A stretch of DNA of 64,000 bases, from positions 139,445 through 203,444 of the forward strand of contig CBDBBM010000012.1 in NCBI GenBank assembly GCA_965203015.1. The letters run 5' to 3'. Made by a program: the position numbers and the translations under genes. The notes beneath the pieces were generated by a model that worked only from the letters and a program-made list of their open reading frames with translations, was not told the origin of the DNA and did no database searches. The DNA is from Chloroflexota bacterium (lineage in GTDB: Bacteria; Chloroflexota; UBA11872; VXNJ01). Every line of letters begins with the position of its first letter. The stretch's first letter is position 1. Positions 1 to 10,020 of the stretch are shown here, one piece after another.

Positions 1-193
1 TCCAGAACATCCGCTCCGGCCCCCAGAAGCAGCCCATTCCGAACAGTGCCCGCTCGGAGCCCTCCGGCATGGGGCCCGACAGCTGCCGTCCGTGCACGAA
101 GTGCCCCGGCGGGACCGGCATCGGCGCGTCGCGACCGGGCAGAGCATCCTCGGGACTGGGGATTTCCGCTTGCTTGCCGAAGAACCAGGGCAT
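1..193 (-). CDS. msrA: Peptide methionine sulfoxide reductase A, 5' part (runs off window edge; absent from ORF track)
   Basis: Manual translation from ATG 193 (GGGAGG SD upstream): MPWFFGKQAEIPSPEDALPGRDAPMPVPPGHFVHG...ALFGMGCFWGPERMFW, with the GCFWG active-site motif. Confidence 0.92.
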   Translation of the reverse strand, partial: MPWFFGKQAEIPSPEDALPGRDAPMPVPPGHFVHGRQLSGPMPEGSERALFGMGCFWGPERMFW

Positions 194-659
194 GTGCTTG
201 CCTCCCAAATGGACCCGCTCTGCTTGAAATGGGTTGCCAAGAGCGACCTGGCCCATTTGGCAGATCATACGTACCGGCGTCCGCGGCCGGATCAGTCGAC
301 CGGGCGCCGGGCCCGGCGGCGGCGCTCGCAGGAGGGTCCACCGCCGGGCAGGCGCCGCGGCCCGGGCGGTGCGTACCGGGTTGCGGTCTGGGCCGGACCG
401 GCATCGGCGCGCCCCTGCGCTGCGGCGCGGACTCGACCCCGACCCCGCAACCGCGGTCCGCGCGCGGGCCGGCAACCGATCCGGCACCGGAAAATCGCGG
501 GAGACTATTTCGTGGCGCCGGGTACCGGCCGGCGACCGTCATCGATCCCGCGGTGGGCCAATATTGGGCGCCTGGGGCGGAAAATCCGTTCCCTGCAGGG
601 GAACATCTTTACACCAGCCGGGCGATATGCCGACCACGCCGGCGAAGGAGCGACGAGCG

Positions 660-1694
660 ATGCCGAGAAAACACGGCGAACCTGCGATTGCGCCATTGCC
701 GTCCCCCTATCCCGAAGGCTGGTTTTTTGTCGCCCACATGCCGGACGTTCGCAAGCAGCGCCTGATTCAAAAGACCTGGATGGGCGAGAGCATCGTCGTC
801 TGGTGCGATGACGACGGCCGGGTTTGCGTGGCCGAAGCCATATGCCCCCATCTGGGCTCGTTTCTTGGTCCGAGCGCCGGCGGAAAGGTCAGCCAAGGCC
901 GGATCGTCTGTCCGTTTCACGGGTTCGAGTTCGACGCGACCGGGAAGTGCGTTCACACCCCCTTCGCGGCCCCGCCGCGGTCGGCCCGCCTGCGGGTGTT
1001 TCCAGCCCGCGTGATCTGCGGCCTGATATTTGCCTGGTGGGGGATCGAAGGCAGGGAGCCGCAGTGGGACCTGCCGGCCGAGGAACCGGACCAGACCGGT
1101 TGGTGCGATCTGCGGATCAGGACCCTTCGCTTTCGCGGCCATCCCCAGGAAACGACCGAAAACTCGGTCGACCTGGCCCACCTGCGCTACGTTCACGGCT
1201 ACGCCAACGTCGACCGCGTCGACCCGCTCGCAATCGACGGGCCGTACCTCCGCAGCCGGTTCGACTTCACCCGGACCCGCGAGATTGCCGGCATCCTGAA
1301 ATTCACGTTCGCCCCGGCCGCCGACACTCACATCTATGGGTTTGGCTACTCCCTGGTCGACGTCCGCGAGCGCTCGATCGGGATGGACATGCGGATCTGG
1401 ATCCTGGCCACGCCGGTCGACGGCGAGTACATCGACATGTCGCTGGCCTGCCAGGTGCGCGAGCTTCGCAACCCCAGGCGCTGGTTCCTGGGACTGGGAT
1501 TCCTGCCGGTGAAGTTGCGCGCCCCGCTGCTGAACCGCTTCATGTCCGCCCAGCAGGCCGAGGACGTCCTCCAGGACGTGGAGATCTGGGGCCGCAAGAA
1601 ATTCGTCTCGCAACCGCGGCTTTGCCGGTCCGACGGCGAGGTGCGCGCGTTCCGCGCCTACTGCGAGCAGTTCTACCCCGGGAACGGAGTCTGA
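660..1694 (+). CDS. Rieske [2Fe-2S] non-heme iron oxygenase (KshA/cholesterol 7-desaturase-like)
   Basis: CPHLG...CPFHG Rieske motif, ENSVDLAHLRYVH iron motif, QDVEIW; AAGGAG before ATG 660. Confidence 0.85.
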   Translation: MPRKHGEPAIAPLPSPYPEGWFFVAHMPDVRKQRLIQKTWMGESIVVWCDDDGRVCVAEAICPHLGSFLGPSAGGKVSQGRIVCPFHGFEFDATGKCVHTPFAAPPRSARLRVFPARVICGLIFAWWGIEGREPQWDLPAEEPDQTGWCDLRIRTLRFRGHPQETTENSVDLAHLRYVHGYANVDRVDPLAIDGPYLRSRFDFTRTREIAGILKFTFAPAADTHIYGFGYSLVDVRERSIGMDMRIWILATPVDGEYIDMSLACQVRELRNPRRWFLGLGFLPVKLRAPLLNRFMSAQQAEDVLQDVEIWGRKKFVSQPRLCRSDGEVRAFRAYCEQFYPGNGV

Positions 1695-1812
1695 ATTCGA
1701 AACCGAATGCGGCCCTCCCGGCCGGCGCGGGGGCCCGATTGGGCGCCGCGGGGAACGCGGACGGCAGACCAGGCAGGCTTCGGCCAATCGGTCGCGGCCG
1801 ACCACGGTCCGG

Positions 1813-1883
1813 CTGGGGTAGAAGGATTCGAACCTCCGCTACGTGGGCCAGAACCACGCGTCCTACCGCTAGACGATACCCCA
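1813..1883 (-). tRNA. tRNA-Gln(CTG)
   Basis: Reverse complement TGGGGTATCGTCTAGCGGTAGGACGCGTGGTTCTGGCCCACGTAGCGGAGGTTCGAATCCTTCTACCCCAG folds to a cloverleaf with CTG anticodon; full CCA not encoded. Confidence 0.95.
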
Positions 1884-1940
1884 TTGCTCGCGGCGAGAAA
1901 ATGTTAGCAAGTAAATATTCAGATCCAGGCCCTCCCGCCA

Positions 1941-4421
1941 TTGCCCGCCACGCCCATTAGACCTCGCGCCGCGTTCTTTTTTCCAGCGCTGCTGCTGCTG
2001 GCGGCGATGGCCGCGGCCGCGTCTCTACTGGCCACCGACCGGTCGCCCGTGCGCGCGCTGGGCGCCAGCGGCGAGGGGATCTGTGATTACTCCGAAGTAA
2101 TGCAGCGGGCCCTGCTCGCCCGCCTTGACCGCCAGTTCTTTCAATGTGACGAGGCGCCCCTGTCGGGGAATAGTGAAGCGTGGGATGGGGACCTAGATAT
2201 GGAGCCGTTCGTAGGAGCGGTGTTCAAGCCCGGTAAGGGCGAACTAGATGGATATGCTCTCGGGTCGCGAGTCGACCTGCGTGGCAGCGGCCTGGACGTT
2301 TCGGACCTGGACGTCAGCGCCGCGCTGGAATCGCACGGAACCGGTTACCAACGCTTTGGCGTCGATACTGCGGGTACCCGCCTCCGTGCCGACAACGACG
2401 ACGGAAAAGTTGGCCTGACATTTCTGCTGGATGGCCCTGCCGCCACTACCACCGGGTTTGCCGGCGAACCCTTCGCGGGAGTCGAAGGCCAGATAGCCTG
2501 GATCGGATTCCAATGGAGCTCGATCCCTTCGGAGTTTGCGGACTGGGATGACACCGCCACGACCGCAATCCCCGTCAATGACGTTGATGACGATGGCTAC
2601 TACCTGGTTCTCAAGCTCGCGATTGAACTGGAAGGCGAAGACAAGCAGATCTTCTTCTTGGCCAACTCCGAAGATCCGGTAAGAACCCTATACGCCGTCC
2701 CATTTCGGATCCCTGACGACGAAGTGATTGAACGCCCCGAACGAGTGAGTGTCGACCTTTCTGTTGTGGGGGTCTATGATGCTCGCCCTGACGAAGACGT
2801 GGACTTGGATTTCGACTACGAAGGCGTTGCAGAGGAATACATAAACGAAATCCAGCGCGCAATCTCGCGTGGCAACGACGACGCCCGCCTGCAGATAAAC
2901 GACGACGACTCACCCGGCGTCGAAGTCTGCGATCGATCGCGGCCGGTCCGCGACCTGCTGGTGGAGGAAGTGTCCAAGGCCTGCGACGAAATCAGCTCCC
3001 ACGATCTGGAAGACGTCACCTCGATCGATCTTTCCGATTCGGAGATCGAAGAACTGCAGGCCGGCGATTTCTCGGGCCTTTCCATGCTCGAAGATCTGGA
3101 CCTTACCGGGAACGACCTACGCTCGCTGCCGGTCGGGGTCTTTGGAGGGGCCGGGTCGGAACGCGATGCGCCCGACGTGGCCCTGATCGACCTGAGCGAC
3201 AACCCCGGTCCGCGCGGCGACGGCTTTACCCTGGACAACGCCTCCTCGGCCTTCCGCGCCAGCGTCGGGCCGCGCCAGGCGATCAGGCTGGAGACCCACG
3301 ACCTGAACGACGATCCCGACTACGGTTTCGAGGAGGCCAGCTACCGCGCCGCCGAGGGCGGCCACCTGGTGCTCGGCGTGACCGGCTTCAGGGACAGCGC
3401 GGTCCTTTTCCGCTCCCTGGGCGGGGATACCGGTGTCTACGAGGACCTCGACGTCGACTGCCCGGCGCCCTGCTATGCGCCTTCCGCCTCGCAGATTGAA
3501 GAGGACGGCGATTACCTGCTCGGATTTGCGGTGCCCAAGGACGCCAACGAGAGCGACGACACGTTCACGATCCTCTTCGGGGATAGCAACAACGCGGCCG
3601 ACCTCACCTCCATCCACGGCATCGCCCGGCTCACCGTCAGCGACACCGACGCCACCCAGGTAACCCCGCCGCCTCCCGCCAGGTCGATTTTTGAATCCGT
3701 GCGCGTGATCAACACCGTGCGCAGCACGATCGCGACCAACCGGGACCTGGACCACAACATTTCCGATCTGCAGGTCAGCGTCGGCGGCCAGACCCTGGAT
3801 GCCGATTTCCTCGGTTACTACAACCGGACCGGCCAGCTCAAGCGCTGGGGCTTTGCCACCTCGGAGGTACTCGAACTTGAGTCGGGCACCCTGACCCAGT
3901 TCTTCCAGCGCGGGGTGATCGACTTCCACCGGCGCCCCGACCTGGGCGGGATCTGGCTGGTCGAGCGCCGTCTCGCCTGGGACTACTTCGGCGGCGGCCA
4001 GGGCGGCAGCCGGGACCAGGGCTTTGAGCCGGCCCCGACGTCGGCGCCATCGGCCGGCGCGGTCAATTACGGCGGGTTCAACCACTACGTATCCAACTTT
4101 GCCGCCGACGGAACCCGGACCGGATTCCTGGATTTCTTCATCGAACTGGGCGGAGTCGACAGCTTCGGTTTCCCCAAGACCGCCGGCCGGACCGACACCG
4201 GCGCTCCCGACACCCTGTTCGAGGGCAAGACGCCGGGTTTCGTGCGGCAGTATTTCCAAGCCGCCATATTCCAGCTTTCGGCCCAGGGCACGGTCGAGCT
4301 GACCCTGCTGGGCGACTCGCTGCGCAACCAGCTGGTGCCGAACCACGGCGACTATGCCGCCTTCGGGCCGGCCGCTCCGGTGGTCAGCGGGCAGACAATC
4401 GTCCCGGAGCGGATCGCCTGA
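1941..4421 (+). CDS. Secreted acidic surface protein: Calx-beta-like segments, LRR module, C-terminal Chloroflexi-like repeat domain
   Basis: Signal peptide; VCDRS..ACDE cap plus IDLSDSEIEELQAGDFSGLSMLEDLDLTGNDLRSLPVGVF LRRs; FLGYYNRTGQLKRWGFATSE and FLDFFIELGGVDSFGFPKT repeats. Confidence 0.7.
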   Translation: MPATPIRPRAAFFFPALLLLAAMAAAASLLATDRSPVRALGASGEGICDYSEVMQRALLARLDRQFFQCDEAPLSGNSEAWDGDLDMEPFVGAVFKPGKGELDGYALGSRVDLRGSGLDVSDLDVSAALESHGTGYQRFGVDTAGTRLRADNDDGKVGLTFLLDGPAATTTGFAGEPFAGVEGQIAWIGFQWSSIPSEFADWDDTATTAIPVNDVDDDGYYLVLKLAIELEGEDKQIFFLANSEDPVRTLYAVPFRIPDDEVIERPERVSVDLSVVGVYDARPDEDVDLDFDYEGVAEEYINEIQRAISRGNDDARLQINDDDSPGVEVCDRSRPVRDLLVEEVSKACDEISSHDLEDVTSIDLSDSEIEELQAGDFSGLSMLEDLDLTGNDLRSLPVGVFGGAGSERDAPDVALIDLSDNPGPRGDGFTLDNASSAFRASVGPRQAIRLETHDLNDDPDYGFEEASYRAAEGGHLVLGVTGFRDSAVLFRSLGGDTGVYEDLDVDCPAPCYAPSASQIEEDGDYLLGFAVPKDANESDDTFTILFGDSNNAADLTSIHGIARLTVSDTDATQVTPPPPARSIFESVRVINTVRSTIATNRDLDHNISDLQVSVGGQTLDADFLGYYNRTGQLKRWGFATSEVLELESGTLTQFFQRGVIDFHRRPDLGGIWLVERRLAWDYFGGGQGGSRDQGFEPAPTSAPSAGAVNYGGFNHYVSNFAADGTRTGFLDFFIELGGVDSFGFPKTAGRTDTGAPDTLFEGKTPGFVRQYFQAAIFQLSAQGTVELTLLGDSLRNQLVPNHGDYAAFGPAAPVVSGQTIVPERIA

Positions 4422-4470
4422 CGGCCGAATGCCGCCCGGCGCCGCGTTGACGGCGCGCTAGGGCCGGCCC

Positions 4471-5064
4471 GTGTCTGCCACGCGGCGTTCGGATGAGGGC
4501 GCCCCGCCGCTGAGCTGGACGACCCTTTCCTCGCGCATCGCCTGGCAGGGTAGGTTCCCGGTGTTCGAGGACGAGATCGCCGCCGACCTGGACGGGCGCC
4601 GGCACACCTACACCTACCTGGCCAGCCGCGCCCGCGCGGTCGCGGTGCTCGCCCAGGACGATCGGGGTCGCGTCCTGACCGTGCGCGAATACCGCCACCC
4701 GCTCAAGGAGGTCGTCTCCGACCTCCCCATGGGATCGATCCGGTCCGACGAAGAACCGTCGGCGGCCGCGCTGCGCGAGCTGCGCGAAGAGACCGGCTAC
4801 GCGGCCCGCTCGGCTGAACTCTACGGGGCGATTCATCCCATCCCGGCGCTCACCCGGCTGCGGCTGCAGTTCTACCGCGCGCGCGGGCTCGAGTACGTCG
4901 GGCACGACCGCGACCGGTCCGAGATCCTGCAGACCGAGTGGATTCCCCTGGATGAGGTCCTGAGCGGGATAAGCCAGGGCCGGTTCCAGGCGGGCGCCAT
5001 GCCGCTGGCGGTGCTCCTGGCCGACGCCCGCGGTCAGCTCGACAGGGACTTGGATGGCCGCTGA
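4471..5064 (+). CDS. NUDIX hydrolase (ADP-ribose pyrophosphatase-like)
   Basis: Nudix box GSIRSDEEPSAAALRELREETGY; REYRHP. Confidence 0.9.
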   Translation: MSATRRSDEGAPPLSWTTLSSRIAWQGRFPVFEDEIAADLDGRRHTYTYLASRARAVAVLAQDDRGRVLTVREYRHPLKEVVSDLPMGSIRSDEEPSAAALRELREETGYAARSAELYGAIHPIPALTRLRLQFYRARGLEYVGHDRDRSEILQTEWIPLDEVLSGISQGRFQAGAMPLAVLLADARGQLDRDLDGR

Positions 5065-6565
5065 ACCCGGGGCGCCGCGCTTTCGGATAGCGCCCAGTCC
5101 GACCGGATCGATCCACGTCGGGACCGCGCGCACCGCGCTCTACAACTGGCTGCTGGCGCGAAAGTGCGGCGGGACATTCGTGCTGCGGGTCGAAGATACG
5201 GCCCGCGACCGCAACCGCCCCGAATTCGAGAGGGCGATATACAGCGGCCTGGCCTGGCTGGGCCTGGACTGGGACGAGGGCCCCGATGTCGGCGGCGGAT
5301 ACGGTCCCTACCGACAGAGCGAACGGCTCCCGCGGCACCGCCGCCATCTGCAGCGCCTGTTCGACCGCGGCCACGTCTACCGCTGCTTCTGCAGCCGCGA
5401 ACAGCTGGCCGCCGAGCGCAAGGCCGCCCAGCGCGCAAAACTCCCGCCGCGCTATTCGGGGCGTTGCCGGAACCTCTCCGAGTCCGAGGTCCGGTCGCGG
5501 CTGGAGGCCGGCGAAGCGGCCAGTTACCGGTTCAGGGTTTCGCCCGCGACGGTCCAGTTCGACGACCTGGTGCTCGGCCGCCTGCGCGAGGACTCGGGCC
5601 TGTGGGGCGATTTCATCGTGGCCCGCTCCGACGGCTCGCCGGTTTACAACTTCGCGGTCGTGGCCGACGACCATGACATGGCGATCACCCATGTCCTGCG
5701 CGGCGCCGACCACATCTCAAACACCTTCAAGCAGGTCGTAATGTACCAGGCCCTGGGCTGGGACCTCCCGCGGTTCGGTCACATACCGCTGACCCTGAAC
5801 GCCAAGCGCCAGAAACTCTCCAAGCGCGACGGGTCGGTTTCAATCCAGGAGTACCGGGATCTGGGGTACCTGCCCGAGGCGGTGAACAACTTCATCGCCC
5901 TGCTCGGCTGGAATCCCGGCAACGAGCGCGAGTTCTTCTCGCTCCAGGAGCTGGTCGCCGAGTTCTCCGCCGAACGGATCAACCGCGCCAACGCGATCTT
6001 CGACCAGGAGCGACTCGACTGGTTCTGTGGCAATTACGTGCGCGGCCTGCCGATTTCCGAATTGAGCCGGCGGGCGTGGGGCTACCTCGAGGATCGCGGT
6101 TACTTCCTGCCGCCGGACGGCACCCCCGCAAGCGGGTTGGATTTTGAGCCGGTGGGGCGTCCCTCGCGCCAATATTTCGAGTCCGCGCTGGCCCTGGAAC
6201 AGGAACGAATCCGGCGCCTCTCCGATCTGCCCGGGGTGATCTCGTTTTTCTTCCGCGACAGCGTCGATCCCGACCCCAAGTTCCTGGTGGCGCGCCGGCA
6301 ATCGCCACAGGCCAGCGCGGACGCGCTGGAGCGGGTGGCCGACTGGGTTGATCGGAACGATGTTTCCGATCAGGATTTGACCGAGCGGTTTTTGCGTGGA
6401 CTGGCAGATGAGCTCGGCTGGAAGGCCGGCGTTCTGTTCATGCCGATCCGGATTGCGATAACCGGTTCGCGGGCGACCCCGCCGCTGTTTGCAACAATGG
6501 CGGTACTGGGGTCGGGGCGCGTCAGTTCGAGGCTGCGCGCCGCCGCAGAGCAGTTGAGGGGCTAA
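5054..6565 (+). CDS. gltX: Glutamate--tRNA ligase
   Basis: RIAPSPTGSIHVG, LRVEDT, PYRQSER, KLSKR. Confidence 0.97.
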   Translation: MAAEPGAPRFRIAPSPTGSIHVGTARTALYNWLLARKCGGTFVLRVEDTARDRNRPEFERAIYSGLAWLGLDWDEGPDVGGGYGPYRQSERLPRHRRHLQRLFDRGHVYRCFCSREQLAAERKAAQRAKLPPRYSGRCRNLSESEVRSRLEAGEAASYRFRVSPATVQFDDLVLGRLREDSGLWGDFIVARSDGSPVYNFAVVADDHDMAITHVLRGADHISNTFKQVVMYQALGWDLPRFGHIPLTLNAKRQKLSKRDGSVSIQEYRDLGYLPEAVNNFIALLGWNPGNEREFFSLQELVAEFSAERINRANAIFDQERLDWFCGNYVRGLPISELSRRAWGYLEDRGYFLPPDGTPASGLDFEPVGRPSRQYFESALALEQERIRRLSDLPGVISFFFRDSVDPDPKFLVARRQSPQASADALERVADWVDRNDVSDQDLTERFLRGLADELGWKAGVLFMPIRIAITGSRATPPLFATMAVLGSGRVSSRLRAAAEQLRG

Positions 6566-6568
6566 GGG

Positions 6569-6952
6569 ATGGAGTCGCAATACCGTTACCGCGGGCTGGT
6601 CTGCAACATCGGTCCCGGCGAACGCAGGCAGCGGATGATCTTCGGCGTGGTGATCATCCAGGCGTCCATAGTCGCCTGGGCGCTGCTGCTGGCATTCGGA
6701 TTGGACCAGCTCTGGCGCCTGCTGCTGTTGGTCCCGCTTTGGCTCGGATTGATGGGTATCGGCCAGGCCCATTACCAAGTATGCGTGGGGTTTGACTTTG
6801 TCGGCAAGATGGATCCGGCGGTCGCCGGGGATGTCGCCGGGCACGATTCGCCGGAATTCAAACGGGCGCTGCGACTGCGTTCGCTCAGGCTGCTCGCCGG
6901 CACCGGCGCCGGGGCGGCATTGCTAACCGCCCTGGCGTACGCGATCGGCTGA
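6569..6952 (+). CDS. Small membrane protein
   Basis: CNIGPGERRQR then three hydrophobic segments; starts 3 nt after gltX. Confidence 0.65.
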   Translation: MESQYRYRGLVCNIGPGERRQRMIFGVVIIQASIVAWALLLAFGLDQLWRLLLLVPLWLGLMGIGQAHYQVCVGFDFVGKMDPAVAGDVAGHDSPEFKRALRLRSLRLLAGTGAGAALLTALAYAIG

Positions 6953-6967
6953 CCGTCCCGCCGGGCC

Positions 6968-8400
6968 CTACCAGCCCGGCAGGTAGTCGGATTCGGCCGC
7001 GAACAGCTCGTCGGCCATCGATTCAATCTCCTCCAGCGTGCAGACCGCGGCCGTGAGCGGGTCGAGCATGAGGGCCTGACGGGCCAGCTGGCGGTCGCGC
7101 CGCAGGCCGGCCAGGGCGCCCAGCTCGACGACGCTCATATTGCTGCGGCAGACCGCGGCCATCTGCGCGGGCAGGCTCCCCACCACGGTCGGAGTGACCC
7201 CGCGCCCGTCGGCCACGCAGGCCAATTCGACGATTCCGTCGCCGGGCAGGTTCGCAATCAAGGGGCCGGTGCCGCGCCAGTTGTTGGGCACGTTGCCGTG
7301 AAAGACGAACGGGGCGTTCTTGCCGACCGCCTCGATGATCCAGGACGCGTATTCGAAGGTTCGGTTGGTGCTCAGTTCGGCATCCCCGCGGGCCATCGCG
7401 CGGCGTTCGGCCTCGTCGGCGCTCCGGCGCTCCGGCCACATCTCCAGCAGGAAGCCGCTCTGCCCGTGGTACCCGGGCCGCATGAACCGCGCCCGGGTCG
7501 CGGCGCGCTTGCGGTACCAGGGCAAGTACTCGGAAAGGTGACCCGAGCTTTCGGTTATGAAGGCGCCGAAATGCAGCATCATGTCCTTGCGGACAAGGTC
7601 CTGCGAATCGTCGCCGGGTTCGGCGGCGGCCAGATCGGCGCGTGCCTGTTCCTGCAAACGCGGGTACAGGTCGCGCCCCTCGTGCTCAAGGCGCGTGAAC
7701 CAGGCCAGGTGGTTTATGCCGGCACACTCCCAGGCCAGCTCGTCGTAGTCGACCCCCGGCGCGCCCGGCCAGGAGCCGCGATGTGCTCTGCACCGAATGG
7801 CACAGGCCAACGACCTGCATGCTCGACGCCAGGCTGGCGGCAAGGCAGAGCATTCCCATCGGATTGGTGTAGTTGAGGACGATCGCCCCCGGACAGCAGC
7901 GTTCGCAGTCGTCCAGGATCTGCATGAACGCGGGCAGGGTCCGAAAGCACTTGAACAGACCGCCCGGACCGATCGTGTCGCCGATGCACTGGTCGACCCC
8001 GTAGCGCTCCGGGATGGCGTTGTCGAACCCGATTGTTTCCAGCCCCGAAACCTCGATGGTGATCACGACCCAGTCGGCGCCGGACAGCAATCGGTTGCGA
8101 TCGGTGCTGGCCGCGACCGACCAGCGTCCGGTGTTGCCGGTCCTGGCAATCAGCGTTTCAACGACCGCGGTCATGGTCGCAAGCCGTCCGTCGTCGATGT
8201 CGCAGAGCCGCAGCTGGCCGCCGGCCGACGCAGGGATGGCGAGGATGTCGGCGGCGAGCTTGGGTTGTGAAGTGCGACCCGGCGCCGATTATTACGACGT
8301 TGATCGGGGTCGCAATCCGCCCGGGCAGGCCGGCCTGGTTCTCGCTCAGCATCCGGTCAAGTTCGGCCGGAGGCTCCGGGGGTCGGGTTTCGGTTGCCAT
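6968..8400 (-). CDS. melA: GH4 alpha-galactosidase (two apparent frameshifts, ~8266 and ~7755)
   Basis: VVIIGAGS, DQCIGDTIGPGG, LNYTNPM, GLCHSVQ, AGINHLAWF, TESSGHLSEY spread over three frames. Confidence 0.85.
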
Positions 8401-8430
8401 GGAGTCGCTCGATTCGCTTGCCGGGCCGGC

Positions 8431-9204
8431 CTAAAAGATCGTGAAGCCGCCGTCGACGATCATGTCCAGGCCGACCGTGAAGTTCGACGCGTCCGAGGCC
8501 AGGTAGATGACCGCCCCCTGCAGGTCCTCGACCGCGCCCATCCGCCCGATCGGGGTGTCGCGCAGCCAGGTGGGCTGCAGGTTCTCGCGGATGTGGGGGT
8601 TGTCGGCCATTTCGGTGACGATGTATCCGGGACTTAGCGCGTTGACATAAACGCCGTGCGGGATCCATTCCGCGGCCACCGAACGGGTCAGGTGGATCAG
8701 CCCCGCCTTGGAGGTGTTGTAGGGCGCCTGCCACTGCGGGCGGTTGACGATGCTGCCCGACATCGAGGCGTTGTTGATGATCTTGCCGCCGCCGGCCGCG
8801 ATCATCACCCGCGCTTCGGCCTGCATGCACAGGAACGGGCCCTTCAGGTTGGTGTCGATCATCTCGTCCCAGGAAGATTCGGAGGTGTCCAGGGTGTCCA
8901 TGTGCGCCCCAATGCCGGCATTGTTTACCGCAACATCCAGCCTGCCCCAGGCGGCCACGATCGCATCGACGAATCCGTCGACCGCCTCCCTGCTGCGAAC
9001 GTCGGCCGGCAGCACCAGCGTCCTGCGCCCCCTGGCGCGGACGATCGCGGCGGTCTCTTCGAGCGGCTCCGTACGGCGCCCGACCAGGGCCACGTCCGCG
9101 CCCGCCTCGGCCAGCCCGGCGGCGATCGCCCGGCCGATGCCGGTGCCCCCGCCGGTGACCAGCGATTTCTTGCCGGCCAGCGAAAACCGCTCCAGAATTC
9201 CCAT
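8431..9204 (-). CDS. Short-chain dehydrogenase/reductase (polyol/sorbose reductase-like)
   Basis: TGGGTGIG, NNAG, ASMSG, YNTSK. Confidence 0.92.
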   Translation of the reverse strand: MGILERFSLAGKKSLVTGGGTGIGRAIAAGLAEAGADVALVGRRTEPLEETAAIVRARGRRTLVLPADVRSREAVDGFVDAIVAAWGRLDVAVNNAGIGAHMDTLDTSESSWDEMIDTNLKGPFLCMQAEARVMIAAGGGKIINNASMSGSIVNRPQWQAPYNTSKAGLIHLTRSVAAEWIPHGVYVNALSPGYIVTEMADNPHIRENLQPTWLRDTPIGRMGAVEDLQGAVIYLASDASNFTVGLDMIVDGGFTIF

Positions 9205-9289
9205 CGTTTGCTCTCCCAGAAAATGGCCGCCGGCACATGGCACCTAAAATCAACTCGCGGCAAATCGATCTTATGTAGGAGCGGCGATT

Positions 9290-9607
9290 CTGCCAGGCCG
9301 CAATTCCGAGCAGCGGGTCCCGATTCTCAATCCCAGGCCGGGCACCAGGCCGGTCAGGATCAGCGCCCCGCGCTACTACGACCTCAAGGGAGCGATGCTG
9401 CGCAGGCTGGGCGCCAGCGGCCAAGGGATCGCGTTCGCCGATCTGGCCGACGCCTGCGCCGATGCGCTGGAAGCGCGGCTGTGGGAAGGGGCCTCGCTCG
9501 GATGGTACGTCACCTCGGTCAAGCTCGATCTGGAAGCGCGCGGCCTGATCCACCGCACCTCCCGGCAGGGGAGGCAGCAGCTCCACCTGGGATCCGGGGC
9601 GGGCTGA
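9290..9607 (+). CDS. Hypothetical protein (DUF6958-like); start uncertain
   Basis: WYVTSVKLDLEARGLI motif; frame open upstream of ATG 9395 to an AGGAG-preceded CTG at 9290. Confidence 0.6.
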   Translation: MPGRNSEQRVPILNPRPGTRPVRISAPRYYDLKGAMLRRLGASGQGIAFADLADACADALEARLWEGASLGWYVTSVKLDLEARGLIHRTSRQGRQQLHLGSGAG

Positions 9608-10020
9608 TGCGCCAGCAGCTTGGCGATCGCCTGCGGCGCTACCTGCTCGTGGCGTTCGGCGTGCTGTGCCTGTCGCTGGGGGCGGTCGGCGTGGTCGTGC
9701 CGGGGCTGCCGACGACCGTCTTCGTGATACTGGCGGCCTGGGCGTTCGTGCGCAGCTGCCCGGTGCTGCACCGCTGGATGCTCGAAAACCGCCTGTTCGG
9801 CCCCAGGCTCAGGGCCTGGTATGGCGATCCGACGCTGCCGGTGGCCGGCAAGCTCGCGATCATCGCCGCCATCGCGATCTCGATAACGCTCTCGTTCATC
9901 ATGGCCCGCCCGCCCGCCTTCCTGGCGCTGGCCGGCCTGGCGGTGGCCGGGTTCGGCGCCTGGTGGGTCTGGTGCAAGATTCCGACCCGGGTCGGCGATT
10001 CCTCCGGCGGGGACTTCTAG
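9607..10020 (+). CDS. YbaN/DUF454 inner membrane protein
   Basis: LGAVGVVVPGLPTTVFVILAAWAFVRS..LHRWML..RLFGP. Confidence 0.88.
   Translation: MRQQLGDRLRRYLLVAFGVLCLSLGAVGVVVPGLPTTVFVILAAWAFVRSCPVLHRWMLENRLFGPRLRAWYGDPTLPVAGKLAIIAAIAISITLSFIMARPPAFLALAGLAVAGFGAWWVWCKIPTRVGDSSGGDF

Noticed and set aside
230-620. GC-rich intergenic hairpins between msrA and the Rieske gene as an ncRNA
   Set aside because: No recognisable family motif; short palindromes are expected at this GC content
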